A stretch of 64,000 bases of DNA from contig NC_043015.1 in assembly GCF_006345805.1 (NCBI RefSeq), positions 3,534,001-3,598,000 on the forward strand. Reading direction: 5' to 3'. Origin of the DNA: Octopus sinensis. Its lineage: Eukaryota. Shown one piece after another: positions 1 through 14,043 of the stretch. Position 1 is the first letter of the stretch, and each line of letters opens with the position of its first letter. The position numbers and the translations under genes are program-made. The notes below the pieces were generated by a model. It searched no databases and was not told the DNA's origin. It saw nothing but the letters and a program-made list of their open reading frames with translations.

Positions 1-943
1 TGATTTTGGTTATTGCTGCTATCTAAAATAATGTTATCATTAATGTAGTTAATATTATTATCTAAAATAGTATTATCATTTATTGGTATTCTTACATTTT
101 CATTTGGTTCTATAGCCCTACTTTCATTATTAAAATTGTTGATGCTGTTATCTAAAATAATGTTATCGTTATTGTAGTTAATGTTATTATGTAAAGTGGT
201 ATTATCATTTATCGGTATTCCTACACTATCATTTGGTTCTATAACACTACTATCATTATTAATATTGTTGATGCTGTTAGTATTGTTGTCGGTATTGTTT
301 TCTAAATGTGTAGTGTTATTGCAGATAACATTGCTGTCCTCATTCACTGTACTTACATTCCTGGTATTATTCTTATTATTAACATAATCATACCTATTTA
401 TGTTATTATTATTATTAGCAATTCTATAGGTATTGGTTATATTTATTATATGACATTCCTTATTATCATTGTTGCAATTATTACTTTCAGTAATATTATT
501 ACAATTTTCAATTGTATTTTTATTGTTATTGTTTAAATTTTTTCTGGCTAGTTTTATGTTATTATTATTGATCTTGGCTATTAAAGTGGACATATTTGGG
601 AGGGTTGAATAAGAAATTCTGACTGCTTTTTTACAAATAATTTTATGATATCTATGAGAGGATGGGAATTTTTTTTCAAGAATTGTTTTGAATCTACTCT
701 GAATATCTGATAAAACCGCACAGTTAAAAGGGATGTTTAGCCATATTATGTCTTTCTTATTAAGTTTCTTAGAATTAGAGTTAGGGTTGTTAGAATTGTT
801 CCTACTATCATCAGATTCTTTGTATTTATTAATGTTCCTATTTGCATGTTTATTAGTTTTATCAAAGTTTATCTTATCCGTATTACAAGTGTTCACTACT
901 ATGTTCTTATTAATATTCTTAATATCATTAGGATACTTTTCCT
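1..943 (-). mobile_element. Penelope-like element ORF fragment (post-RT linker, probably Neptune-type), Asn-rich, running off the window start
   Basis: My manual translation of the minus strand is open from ~943 to 1: ...KKDIIWLNIPFNCAVLSDIQSRFKTILEKKFPSSHRYHKIICKKAVRISYSTLPNMSTLIAKINN.... This matches the PLE motif IIWFNPP..KHFP..H.L.KIF....VK.SYSC..N. It is absent from the ORF track, probably because there is no stop inside the window. Confidence 0.72.
21..278. repeat. Two 129-bp in-frame tandem copies (43 aa) within the PLE ORF
   Basis: ATCTAAAATAATGTTATC at 21 and 150. Minus-strand peptides NSINNINNDSSVIEPNDSVGIPINDNTTLHNNINYNNDNIILD and NSINNFNNESRAIEPNENVRIPINDNTILDNNINYINDNIILD. Confidence 0.85.
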
Positions 944-945
944 AT

Positions 946-3650
946 ACAGACACCCCTAGTCATGAAGGAGTGTTTGAAGATAGCCTCAGAAGGATAGAAG
1001 AAGTCCTGGACAAACTGGACCAGGGTAACACCATTCTACTGCTGGGAGATTTTAACCTTCCGAAAGTCAAATGGCCAGATGGCCATCTCCTCCCTGGAAT
1101 GACATCACTTGAACAGAGACAGACAGAGTCCTTGTTGGCTCTCACACGCAAGTTTTTCATGGAACAAGCAGTGCTTCGGCCAACAAGAGGTGAGAATGTC
1201 TTGGACCTCTGTTTCACAAGCAACCCGATGCTCATCCACAACATAATGGTAACACCTACATTTCTCTCAGATCACAACTTAGTAGAGGTAATGATATATG
1301 GTATGAGAGAGTTAGTTGAGACGCAGCCATTAGAAAATACCACAGGCCTATCCAGTCTAAACTTCCATAAGGCAAACTGGAAGAAGATCAACGAAGAGAT
1401 CCGAAAACATGACTGGAGTGACTTCATCACCACACAAGAGACCAACACACATTTCCAACATTTCATGACAACAATACAGAACATATGCCATAAGTTTGTC
1501 CCGGAGAAAAAAGCCAGCGGGCATAGGAACGTTATTCCCAGAGACAGGAAAATACTTATGAGGCGAAGAGCTAAGCTCTCGAAGCAACTGAATGCACGGC
1601 AGAGAAACAATAAGGGACTCCACCTGAAACTTTTTGAAACGGAAACTGCACTCAAACTTTCCTATGAGAAGGAGAGGGCAGAGAGAGAAGCCAGGGCCAT
1701 AGAGAATATTAAAACAAACCCTAAAGCTTTCTTTAAATTTGCGAAAGAACCACCTCGGTACACTGCAAGATTGGCCCACTCTTTGATAAAAAGGGCTCTC
1801 TAACTGAGGACCCCCAAGGGATAAGTAAAATACTAAAGGAACAGTATAAAAGTGTGTTCACATCCCCTCTGGGGCACATGCAAATCACAAACCCAGAAGT
1901 TTTCTTTGATGCCACAACACTCCAAAACCAAACAACAACCATCGACCACATAGACATAACAGAGAGGGATGTAATATCTGCCATAGAAGAAATGAGAATA
2001 AACTCAGCTGCTGGACCAGATGGATTCCCAGCAGTCCTCCTAAAAACATGCAGGCATGCCCTAGCGGGACCACTGAAGATGCTCTTCAGTGGTTCCTTGG
2101 CTAACGGTAAACTGCCCAGGGCGCTAAAAGAAGGCACCATATGCCCTATCCACAAAGGAGGGAGTAGAGCAGAGGCCAAAAACTACAGGCCAGTCTCCCT
2201 GACGTCACACATAAGTAAGGTCATGGAACGAATCATCAGAAAAAAACTGATCACGTTCCTCGAAGAAACTAACCGTCTCACTGACACACAGCATGGCTTT
2301 CGCCCAGGAAGAAGCTGCCTTACGCAGCTGTTACAACACTACGACTGGGTACTGAAACAACTACTGGATCGCTCACAGGTGGATGTGGTATATCTCGACT
2401 TTGCGAAGGCCTTTGACAAAGTCGACCACGGAGTGATATGTCACAAATTACTCAGACTCGGCATAACAGGAAAAGTAGGTGAGTGGATACATGACTTCCT
2501 GAAGGACAGAAGCCAGATGGTTGCAGCCAATGGAGCCCTCTCGGGAAAGACACCAATAGCAAGCGGGGTGCCACAGGGCACAGTCTTGGGACCCTTGCTG
2601 TTTTTGGTGGCGCTCTCTGACATGCCCTTGGTAGCACAAACAACATCCCTCACTAGCTATGCTGATGACACAAAGGTAGCACAGGCAATTAAAAACCCAG
2701 CTGATGCTGACCTTTTACAACAAGATCTGGATGCCATATACAAATGGGCTGAAGAAAACAACATGCAATTTAATGCTGGTAAATTTCAAGCCTTACAATA
2801 TCAAGCTGTAAACACATATACATTACAACACAACTATACTGTCCAGGAGGGATCGAAATCCCAGTATCGAAATCAATACGGGACCTGGGGATAGACATGA
2901 GTGACGATGCATCTTTTTCTTCACACATCGCGAAGGTGGCGACAATGTGCAGACGACTCACTGGCTGGATCCTGAGGACATTCCGGACAAGAGACTGCGA
3001 GACCATGTTGACACTATGGAGGACATTTGTCCTAAGCCACCTAGACTACTGCTCCCAACTGTGGTCACCGCATAGTGTCAAACTAACCACAGAGCTTGAG
3101 ACAATCCAAAGACATTTCACCAAGAGGATTTCCACCATGAAAGAAAAGAACTATTGGGAGAGGCTTAGGGAACTCAATTTGTACTCCTTGGAACGAAGAC
3201 GAGAGAGATATGCAGTGATATACATATGGAAAATCCTGGAGGGACTAGCACCAAATTTTGGAATTGAGAGCTGTTCCAATCCCCGTACAGGTCGTCACTG
3301 TGTGGTGCCAAAGGTCCCGTCTTCCACATCCAGGGTAAGGAGCAGATATTGTAATAGCCTGGGGTTCAGGGGCCCTCAGCTGTTCAACAAACTGCCAAGA
3401 AAACTAAGAGATCTACATGATGCGGATGTGGACATTTTCAAAAAACATCTAGACAAGCTGCTTTCCGGGATCCCAGATGAACCCACTGCAAGGTACGAAG
3501 GTAACGTAAGGGCAGCAGCTACAAACTCTCTCTTAGATCAGTGGCCAGCCACGGCAAACTGGACTTAGAGAGGGTAGCAACAAGGGCGGTGCCCCAGCAT
3601 GGCCTCAGCCGGATGGCTGAAACAAGTAAAAGAGTAAAAGAGTAAAAGAG
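946..3650 (+). mobile_element. 5'-truncated CR1-like non-LTR retrotransposon (APE endonuclease end + RT), two frameshifts, (GAGTAAAA)n tail
   Basis: ORFs 733-1803 (from ~946: LLLGDFNLP, IKTNPKAFFKF), 1854-2894 (SAAGPDG, YRPVSLTS, QHGFRPGRSC, YLDFAKAFDKV, GVPQGTVLGPLLF, YADDTK) and 2897-3568 (LDYCSQLWSP, YSLERRRERY). The tail at 3620-3650 is a simple repeat. Confidence 0.92.
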
Positions 3651-3855
3651 TATATATATATATACATATATTAATATTAATAATAAATGAATATTATATA
3701 TGTACTCATGAATAAGGATGTATATGTATATTCCAGTATATATAATTAAGTATCTATAACGATATATGAATGTATATTTATATATATATATATACATATA
3801 TATATACCCATTTAAATATATATATATATACATATATATACACATATGTATATAT

Positions 3856-3905
<50 letters not shown>

Positions 3906-4434
3906 AACACACAGACCCACTCACTCTCACGCACACATATATATACAGAGAGAGAGCTCTTGTCTACTGAACTCGAGTGCTGTCCAACAAATCTAAAATT
4001 TGAAGACATGTGTGATGAGTAAGTTTGTGCGTAAACAATTTTACATTAAGCAACATGAAACCGAGATTGCAATATCAAATTTTGCAAATAATTTCATTAG
4101 TGCAAAACAGTTACGCAACAAAAGATATTTCTGCAGCTTTCAAGACAAAATCTATTTCTGTACAAATGAAGTGAAGACAAACACGTTCGAGAAAACAGAA
4201 AAATTCTGGGGTGTAAAAAACACTCTTTCTTAGTCTTGTAATTTTTCGGGTGTCTTTAACATTTTCAAATCACTTTTTGTGGATTAAGTGTTATTGCTTT
4301 TTGTATTTCTTCTTGATTTACACTGAATGACACAGACCGAATAGCTGAAGATAATTCCAGTGTACCGTTTTTAGGAGAGATTCTCTTTAACTGAAAGCGT
4401 TCTGCCTAATTTGTTCTTTATTCTACACGCTTTG

Positions 4435-4436
<2 letters not shown>

Positions 4437-4518
<82 letters not shown>
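4437..4518. repeat. (TA)n microsatellite, representative of dozens in the window (e.g. 3651-3945, 7784-7965, 11131-11200, 24771-25107, 29670-30040)
   Basis: Pure or interrupted TA runs seen directly; they generate the YIYI ORFs. Confidence 0.97.
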
Positions 4519-4520
<2 letters not shown>

Positions 4521-4552
4521 AGTTATACGCAGGTGTTATTCAAGTTCTTTTA

Positions 4553-4640
4553 CTTCGGATACATGTTTCGAAGACAACATTGGTATTTTTCCAAACGAAT
4601 AAAAAGGTGTAAAAGATTGTAATATCATCAGGGAATAGAA
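4553..4640 (-). ncRNA. Degenerate type I hammerhead-like motif
   Basis: Minus strand: CTGATGA-tattACAAT...GTTGT-cttc-GAAA-CATG-TA, with palindromic ACATGT and a GUA triplet. Stem I and the base of stem II are poorly paired. Confidence 0.35.
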
Positions 4641-4969
4641 GAAATAAACCAAATTCATCGATAAGACATTTTAACAGAATGTGATGGGTGTGTATAAAGA
4701 CGAAAGTAACCCTATTAAATTTCTTCTAACAATCAATGTTCAAATTATATATAAGCCTAGATATCATTAAATGTATGTTTCTGCCAATGTTTACATTGAT
4801 AAGCACGCTTCTAACCGTGTTTACAAGGGGATGAAATGAAGACCATCAACCAATCTAAATAAAATTGTTTATTATGGCATTTTTATATAATACTTGCCGT
4901 TATTTTTTTCCTAATTCATCACATGAACAGATTAATGTTGAAAATATATGTATATGTATATATGTACGC

Positions 4970-5008
<39 letters not shown>

Positions 5009-5015
5009 ATATATA

Positions 5016-5064
<49 letters not shown>

Positions 5065-6804
5065 TGTATGTACGTATGTATGTATATATATATATATATT
5101 ATATATATATCTATATATATATATATATATATTTACTCACACACACATAAAGCTATCTGTTGGTGCGTGTTCGTTGTATTCTATTATAACTATACTACTT
5201 GAGATATAAAGCAGTTTCGACAATATTAATACTGAAAATATTTCATAAATATATTTGTATATTTTGCTCATTAAATACTCACCATTGCAGAAAAATGCTC
5301 TTGGTTTTACTCTCTATATCTTTTGTTTTGCCAGTAAATTAATGTTTCCATTGCAAAATATATAAAATATACTCGGTTAAAATGCGTGGTATGTTTCTTT
5401 TCATAGTTAAAATTGTTCTCAAAATTAATAACTTGAAAAATATTTTCGTTCAATATCTGTAGTATTTTCATTTTTTTAATTGTTTTAAATTTCATACAAG
5501 TGTTCACTAGGTTTCATCATCATTTATTACAGTTGATTCTCAAAATGTAAATTTACTCATATTTGCATTCTTGGATAATTAAATATTAAATGTTTTCTGA
5601 TAAAATGTTGTTGTTTTTCCTAATTTTTTAAATTTGTTTGAGTATGAAACCATTATTGAAAGATATGCTCCGATGTTTCAATAATGGAAATTAGCTCTCA
5701 GTTTTTAATTACTTTTTTTTCTGGAAAATGATTTTAAAAAATAGATAAAATAGAAAAAATAAAAAAGAAAAGAATTAGGAGATACTAACTACAGCAAAAC
5801 AAAAGAAATCAACATGAAGGCTTACTGCCCATATATTGTGCTAATGTGTTCAATAGTTCAGTTACTTTTTATTGTAATAACCTAATTAGAATCGCTAATT
5901 TACTAAAAATAAAAATATCAGAAATTAGTAATTATATGAAGTGGTGCACGCTTCGATGAATGCATCACTGTGCTTAAACAGTAAGATATTATGTGAGAGA
6001 CTTGAGCCTTTCATTGGTACCAAATTACGTGGTGATTTCGTTGGCGAACGTGTTATGAAGATTGTTCTATAACGTACGTTGCATATTGTTTGAAAATACC
6101 GAATAAAATGCGTCCGTTTAGACGTTACGAAAATTGTGATCATTATCCTCTGCTTTACTCATTCAAATATAATCATCTATGAAGGAAAAAGAAACATACG
6201 TGAAGCAGAAATAGCGATATCTAATGTTTTATGAACAAATACAAGTCGCACATTTCACATCCGTTGTCTGATATGACATATATAATTGCACTCACTCTCA
6301 TAAAGTTAAAACCGTTAAGTTAGATGAATACATGGTAGCATTAGCAATGCCAGTGCTAATGCTTTCTGTTGAATATAGCATGTACAATACAACAACGACT
6401 CTCACTAGCAAATACTCAGAAATCCACGAATGAGCAAAGTGCAAATGATACGGCCCAGAATAGCTACGGGTTACATGTGTGAGTTAGACTTCAGTTAGAG
6501 AGATAGGCAGATAAATATATAAATAGATATATATAGACCTATGTATACGCACACATGTGCGTGTGTGAGTGTGCGCCCGTGTGTGTATGTTTACATAGGC
6601 ATGTGTTTGGATATAATCATAAATGTATCGTATCGAGATTAATTGAAAAAAGTGGATATAATAATATTGTAACTACAATAGGCGACTACATTTGGGCATA
6701 ATGTTTAATTACTTTAGAAATTCCACGTGGATTTCATTGAAAGTGATGCATGTATGTCATAGTTAAAACAAACTCTGGACCGCTTTGGAAAGAAATCCAT
6801 GTGA

Positions 6805-6915
6805 TCATATCCACCTCGTCTGCCTCATATAAACTTTTATTTTCTTCAAGAAAAATGTTCAGCATTGGGCTGAGTAGTTGCATTCCAAAAAACTAAGGGA
6901 ACTGCGTACCCACTC
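6805..6915 (-). pseudogene. Possible highly decayed RTE-like RT remnant
   Basis: Minus strand reads ..LLSPMLNIFLEE.. followed by ADEVD, resembling the RTE RT motifs CLLSPTLFNIFLE and ADDID. Short and frame-broken. Confidence 0.3.
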
Positions 6916-7475
6916 GCTATATAATTATTCTGTATTCTATGCTTATCCCTCGCATATGATACTCTAGTATCTTGTGATGCCATTGTATGGACTGGGCTTA
7001 CGTTTTCTATCCTCTAAATGGTAGATGTTTGTCTACACAGATGTTAGACGTTTTCAGCAGATTACTGCGTTTCTCTTCCTGGGTTTAATGTGAACAACAA
7101 ATTTACACATATTTTTATATCCAAATTCCTCTTGCGACTTTGTGCAGTCTCACTTACTCTGAGTCATGTGTACACTCGAATCAATTACTCGTGTCATTTA
7201 TGCTTTATGTATACGTCTCACTATGTGGCATGTTTCGATGTCAACTTTCTCTTCATTAATCAACATCATATGCACATTGAACTTGTTGGTGTCAATGTTG
7301 TTGTCATCCTAATCGAAGTTCTCCTTTGTGGCTGTCGGATATAACTATTTCAACTTTTGTCGAGAACTACTTATATACCTGCAATAAAGAACATGTACTG
7401 AACTAGAATATACATACATACATACATACCCCCCATACATATATATATCGATAGATAGAGAGATATACATATCTA

Positions 7476-7514
<39 letters not shown>

Positions 7515-7555
7515 GCATGCATAAATACTTATGCATATATATATATATATATATA

Positions 7556-7779
7556 TTTCTGTATCACCCACAAGGGGCTAAACATAGAGGGGTAAAACAA
7601 GGGCAAACAAACGGATTAAGTCAATTGCATCGACACCAGTGCGTAACTGGTACTTAATTTATCGACCTCGAAAGAATGAAAGGCAAGTCGACCTCGGCGG
7701 TATTTGAACTCAGAACGTGCTGGCAGACAAAATACGGCTACGCATTTCGCCCGCGTGCTAAATTTCTGCCAACTCGCCT
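7556..7779 (-). mobile_element. tRNA-derived SINE, family 2
   Basis: Reverse complement aligns over its length to 30633-30861 (GGCAGAAA..TTAGCACG..GGGCGAAATGCGTAGCCGTATTT..GTTCAAAT.CCGCCGAGGT.GAC..GGTCGATAAATTAAG); B-box-like GTTCAAAT. Confidence 0.85.
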
Positions 7780-7780
7780 C

Positions 7781-7982
<202 letters not shown>

Positions 7983-10021
7983 GTAAATATGTATGTTCAT
8001 ACACACGCACAAGCATGCACGCACAAAGATAAAGCCAAATTGAAGAAATGAAACAGTTACAATTCACGCTACATTAATTAGCAGTCTCGGATGTAATAAT
8101 GACGTAGCTACTCACCAGGTCGAAGATACTTTAATTATATACTTTAATTACATTGTCGTCTAGGAATCTCCATTTTTAAGTCACCGAAGATATGATGTGA
8201 AACAGACTAGAAATACAAAAGAAAATAACCAAAACAATAAATACTTGAAGAAATGAAATGGAAAGGAATTAAGCAAACATAGGAAGATGTTGAATATTTT
8301 GGGGTTGTGAATCGCGTAAAATTGTGAAGAATAAAGAAGGGGAGGGGTAAGAAAGAGAAGGTTTACGGCAGGTGTTTGGAGGCTTCAATGGGAAATGTCA
8401 TAGGGAGTATCAGGTTCAGATGACTTTACTATGTCAACGGTAAATACTTTCATATAAGTAAGGTATCTTCGTTCTGATAAACAGCTAGTTCATTACACCT
8501 ATTACATAAGAAAAACTGTTTACTAGTGAATATGTGTAGCTTGAATTTGGACTGTTGCACTCCATGAATTTGGATTTTATTCGCATTCCTAGCGTCTCGA
8601 ACATCAATATGGGAAAAGCGTGCCATGTTGACAGAAATACATAATTATTGTTCTTTCACGTTGTTTTTTTTATACACACCATGATGTGATCAAAGCTTAC
8701 AAACGTCCTCCACTTATATCCGCGGATCTTCCAATTACACACAGGCAAATAAATACATACAAACATTCATGCAATCCTCCACACATCAATACATGTATAA
8801 TTGTCTCTCTCTAACAGTTTATTTGGGATTTAAAGTTTTAATAACGTCCTGAAATCATTTATACCTGGAATAAGGAGAAAAAATCGCTATATTTGCTATC
8901 TATACGTGATTTCCTGTAACGTCAGTAATAGAAAATATTTATAGTATGTAATAAGGCTGCAGTAACCCCTCACCTCTAATCACAATTACTCTTTTTCAAA
9001 CTTAGGAGTACAAACTAAACTTTATACGACAATAAAACGTACACTAATTTTCGATTTCATCATAATTCGATAAACTTCGGCTCCGATACTAACGAACAAC
9101 AACATATTTTAATATGTTGGCCTATGTATACAGATACGCCTGTCTACAGAATTTCGGGACGGAAAACTTTCTGTCGAATAGGTAAATGTTTGTGAAGCTC
9201 ATTTCCGAGTTGAATCCAAAAATACTACTCAATTTCATCAATCATCTCACGATCACTGTTTATATTCCATATTGATTTTTTTACAAAACAACCATTTTCC
9301 TTCATTAAATGTCTTGATATCACACTTCTCTTGCATATCTTATACAAAATTATTACAATTACTTATTTTCTACATATATAGTTTACTTGCAGTAAGATTT
9401 CGGCCAGGAATCAGGATAGTTATTCCTACGATAATAAAATGCAAAATGAGTACTGGGGTTGTTCAATTCTATAGAAGCCAAATCTTAAACTTTATACACA
9501 TCTCTATTCAAAATAAATTCTGTCGATCTGTGCTATTGACAGAAGATTCACATATATACACTTCCCTGATTATGTGAAACACAACCGGAATGTAGAAATA
9601 TTTACCGTGAAGCAAAGCATAATTCCAGTGCTATTTGTAATCATGATATGACACGCAGATCTGTCTCCTGGTCCCTATAAAATACATTTTATTACTGCTG
9701 CTTATAAGGTGAACACTTCCATCTCGTTTAATAATTTGGATATGAGAGATCTTTTGCGTTAGGATGCACTTGAATGGTACATTAGACAAATTTTACTTTG
9801 AGATAAAGTTGAATGGACGCATAAGGCATGAGAGATCACTAAAATTACTCGTACATTGAAATTCTTTCAACTCCATTGATAACGATGCGCATGTAAATAG
9901 GTGAAATTTCACAGATTATCCTATGATAATCGTATGATAATTAGTATTTCGTCTTAGATTTGGGATACGGCATTATGAAAATTATGCGGCAAATATATGC
10001 ATATATTTACGCTACATATTT

Positions 10022-10145
10022 GGTGAAGGTGCATGGTTCAGAGGTTAGAGAATCGGGCTCACAATTATCAGATAGTGAGTTCGATTCCCGGACTGTGTTG
10101 TGGGTTATCTGTTTTGGCATTATGCTTTATTTGAGGTGTTCTAGT
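10022..10145 (+). mobile_element. Degenerate tRNA-like SINE head
   Basis: TGGTTCAGAGGTTAG (A-box-like) and GAGTTCGATTCCC (B-box-like), followed by a non-tRNA body. Confidence 0.5.
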
Positions 10146-10398
10146 GAAAAAATTACGAATATTATGCAACCGAGATTTCTATATATTGCTATTGGTAAAC
10201 CATATTTTTCATACCTATTAGAAAAAAATTACAGTAGCATGATATAAACTTACATATGCGCCATGTTGGAACAAAAAGCTGAATTACTCATATTTCGAAT
10301 ATATTTGATTATTACCATGACAGATGTGAACAGATCAAATCAAGGTTTCAGTAAAATTAGCAATAGTAATATCTACAATACAAACACACACACATATA

Positions 10399-10447
<49 letters not shown>

Positions 10448-11125
10448 TGATTACCACTCTTGGATATAATTTTCCATATTATATCATGCACATCAAGAGA
10501 GCAACAAGTGAAACATGTAACAACAACAAAAGAAACAGTCATTTGATTAATTTCGATTGAGTTTGCTTTAATATACATCAAAACAAATAACTGGTCAGTG
10601 TGATATATTATTCTGTAGCATACTAAATATATTGAATATATTCATTTGATTATATGTGTATTGAACCGAATTCCATATCGATTTCAGCTTTGTTAACAAA
10701 TGTTTGAAATCGGCTGCCACATAACTAAAGAGCAGAGCAAAAGTATGTTACATTAAGTAAACATTGAAATACATTGTACAAAATGGACTCTTAGATAAAT
10801 ACATCAAAGGTCTGATTTCATATCAAATTACCTATTTCATTAAGAAACCGTTTCAAGATTTCTGAACAGCTTTTACATGAAACAACTACTTATGTCCGGG
10901 TGTTTAGATTTCGCCATTAGATATTACGCGAAACGCTTCAAATATTGGCTTCTTATTGAGAAAGTGAAATATTAGAGCATTTGGAAATATGTTTAATGAC
11001 CGGCATGGAGTACGTATTCATGTAATATATTTATTTATGTGAGATGCTATTCTACGTACATACGCAATATTTGAATCAAGGAATGGAAAGTTACCTAAGA
11101 ATATAATTACATAAGCATATACATA

Positions 11126-11202
<77 letters not shown>

Positions 11203-12245
11203 TACATATAGGAAAATAATCTCATTTAGAGAGAAATACAGAATAGCACACAAATGTGAGTGTTATAGAGGCTTTCTAAAACGCATTCAAACACAGGTTA
11301 ATTGCTTTTTTGCCGAGCTGCATATAGTCTTGTATGTAGGTATATATCTGTATAAATACATAGCGCTATATGTGAATGAGTGCACGTGCGTTTAAATATA
11401 TCTGTAACTGTTACAGAATTATTAAAAACTCTTTGCTATTTATGTATTATTATGTTTTTGCAGCATATAAGAGTTATTTCTATTAAAACATCAAATTTTC
11501 TGAGATAATATGAAAAGAAATATCATGAGTATATATCTATCAATAAACATCAATGCATTCATATCTTTTCGTTGAAGTTTAAAAATAAATTGTATGTAAT
11601 CTACAGGAAATTAGAAATATTATTTAGCGTGTTAATATTCTTTGTTTCATTTTCTCTAACGTCAATAGTAATTTGGAAATACAACAGTATATCTAGGGAA
11701 AAAATACCGAGCATTCCTTTATATAAGAATATTCAAGTCATTTATTTAGGAATGAATTGCAGCTTCTCATGGAATATCACAACATAGATACGTGTTATTT
11801 CCCTTTCGTGACATTAAGGACATCAAAGCGAACTAATTTAAAGCTGCAGGAGAATTATCCTTGAAAATGTTTTGTTTATATGTGTTATATTGTAGCTACG
11901 AATAATTTTATATTTTCTTTGTATCCTTGAAATGTAATTGCATTTCTTAAAATTTATATAACATTCATTGGGAGATATTCATTTCAGATATCCTGTAGTT
12001 ATTCGACGAATTTCTGAAATTTCGCAATAACAAAATCTAGACAACAGAGCGCATTAAATTTAAACAGGGGGTGTAACAAAAAAAAAATCACAAACTTAGG
12101 TAGCTTCTGCTTACAAATCTCCAGAAAGAGAAATATATGACATTCTGTTTGGTGTTCAGTTCAGTTTCCAATAATTTACATGAATATTTTTATGCGGTTA
12201 CTCGTGCCTCCTCAGAGGAATTAATTTTTTTTTTTGAATCTGATC

Positions 12246-12416
12246 GGCGCAGGAGTGGCTGTGTGGTAAGTAGCTTGCTAACCAACCACATGGTTGCGGG
12301 TTCAGTCCCACTGCGTGGCATCTTGGCCAAGTGTCTTCTACTATAGCCCCGGGCCGACCAATGCCTTGTGAGTGGTTTTGGTAGACGGAAACTGAAAGAA
12401 GCCTGTCGTATATATG

Positions 12417-12455
<39 letters not shown>

Positions 12456-12676
12456 TTGTGTGTCTGTGTTTGTACCCCTAGCATTGCTTGACAACCGATG
12501 CTGGTGTGTCTACGTCCCCGCCACTTAGCGGTTCGGCAAAAGAGACCGATAGAATAAGTACTGGGCTTACAAAGAATAAGTTCCGGGGTCGATATGATCG
12601 ACTAAAGGCGGTGCTCCAGCATGGCCGCAGTCAAATGACTGAAACAAGTAAAAGAGTAAAAGAAAGAGTAAAGAGT
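12246..12676 (+). mobile_element. tRNA-derived SINE, family 1, full length, with a LINE-like 3' tail
   Basis: Head GGCGCAGGAGTGGCTGTGTGGTAAG..GGGTTCAGTCCC, internal TA/TG tract, 3' end GGCGGTGCTCCAGCATGGCC..CTGAAACAAGTAAAAGAGT. Related copies at 25108, 37496, 48668 and 61330. Confidence 0.9.
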
Positions 12677-12835
12677 GATCAATTGCAGCGCTTTGCCAAA
12701 AGTCATGATAGATAAAATATCCATTAGATGACCCATTAATAGAAACCTAACTTAAAGGAAGAAATATTAGTATCACTTTCTTTTAATGCACTACCATATA
12801 GAGATTGCAAAATATTCGAATTATTTCAAATTATG

Positions 12836-12893
<58 letters not shown>

Positions 12894-12896
12894 ATT

Positions 12897-13187
12897 GGCT
12901 CAGTGGCGAGGGCAGCGGGGTTGCGGTCGAAGGATCACGGTTGCGATTCCTAGACTGGGAGTTGTGTGTGTTTATTGATCGAAAACACCTAAAAGCTCCA
13001 CGACGTTCCGGCAGGTAGTGGTGGCGATCCCTGTTGTACTCTTTCGCCTCTCCTTTCCCTTACTCACTCTTCCTGTTTCTTGAGTAACGCTCCGATTGAC
13101 GGGCGTCCCGTCCAACTAGGGGGAACACATACGGCACAGAAAAGGTAGACCGGGCCCATGAGCCTGGCTAGGCTTGAAAAGGGTTAT
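12897..13187 (+). mobile_element. tRNA-derived SINE, family 3 head with a distinct tail
   Basis: GGCTCAGTGG..GGTTGCGATTCC..GAAAACACCTAAAAGCTCCACGA..CTGTACTCTTTC is shared with 33191-33562; the sequences diverge after ~13080. Confidence 0.75.
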
Positions 13188-13212
13188 GCTAACGTTATAT
13201 ATATATATATAT

Positions 13213-13254
<42 letters not shown>

Positions 13255-13574
13255 ATTAATCAATTTAGGGTAGCAAAAAATTCAGTAAAAATTTATCGCT
13301 ACCAGCGGCCTAATGGAAAAGAGAAAATAGTCAAAGACTAAATATGTATAAATATAACAATTTAGGAATGGCCTAAACAGGCCATTCATCCACCAGAAAG
13401 AGCAGCCATAACTCCAACCGCCAAGTAGTGTAATTCGGAAATAAGGTGAAAATTTAAAAACATTTACCCTAATTCATCTTTTATACGATGCATCGTTGGT
13501 CTTGAAAATTTTAAGACAGATATTCCTGAGGCATTGATACAGTCGCCTCGTGTATATCCGTCTCTCCCAGGTTT

Positions 13575-13673
13575 CTTTTACTGATGAAGCGTGACCTATG
13601 GTAGACTAGCTTAATTTAATTTAATTAAGCTGGTCTATCATTAAAGACACTGAAACGATGCATCGTATAAAAG
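13575..13673 (+). ncRNA. Type I hammerhead ribozyme, copy 1
   Basis: Stem I CTTTTA/TAAAAG; core CTGATGA; stem II AGCGT/ACACT (one mismatch) enclosing a 19-bp hairpin; GAAA; palindromic stem III ACGATGCATCGT; GUA triplet. Predicted cleavage after 13667. Confidence 0.8.
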
Positions 13674-14043
13674 ATGAATTAGGGTAAATGTTTTTAAATT
13701 TTCACCTTATTTCCGAATTACACTACTTGGCGGTTGGAGTATGGCTGCTCTTCTGGTGGACGAATGGCCTGTTAGGCCATTCCTAAATTGTTATATTATA
13801 CATATTTAGTCTTTGACTATTTTCTCTTTCCATTAGGCCGCTGGTAGCGATAAATTTTTACTGAATTTTTTGCTACCCTAATTGATTAATTGATAATTTT
13901 CTGACTAATTCTGTGATTGAATCGGCAGTTTATATTTGCTGCCGATAAGTTTGGCGCGAATGCGTTGGTCTTGAAAATTTTAAGACAGATATTCCTGAGG
14001 CATTGATACAGTCGCCTCGTGTATATCCGTCTCTCCCAGGTTT

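Noticed and set aside
733-945. Hydrophobic N-terminus of the 356-aa ORF as a membrane domain fused to a LINE endonuclease
   Set aside because: It is the antisense reading of the Asn-rich PLE ORF; LINE homology starts only at ~946.
3519-5209. YIYI/Ile-Tyr-rich ORFs here and throughout (e.g. 24771-25128, 29540-30166, 54054-54673)
   Set aside because: Translations of (TA)n, (TG)n and (TCTA)n microsatellites.
6379-6478. Possible host exon (TAG acceptor, GTGAGT donor, one open frame)
   Set aside because: Weak polypyrimidine tract, no recognisable peptide and no partner exons.
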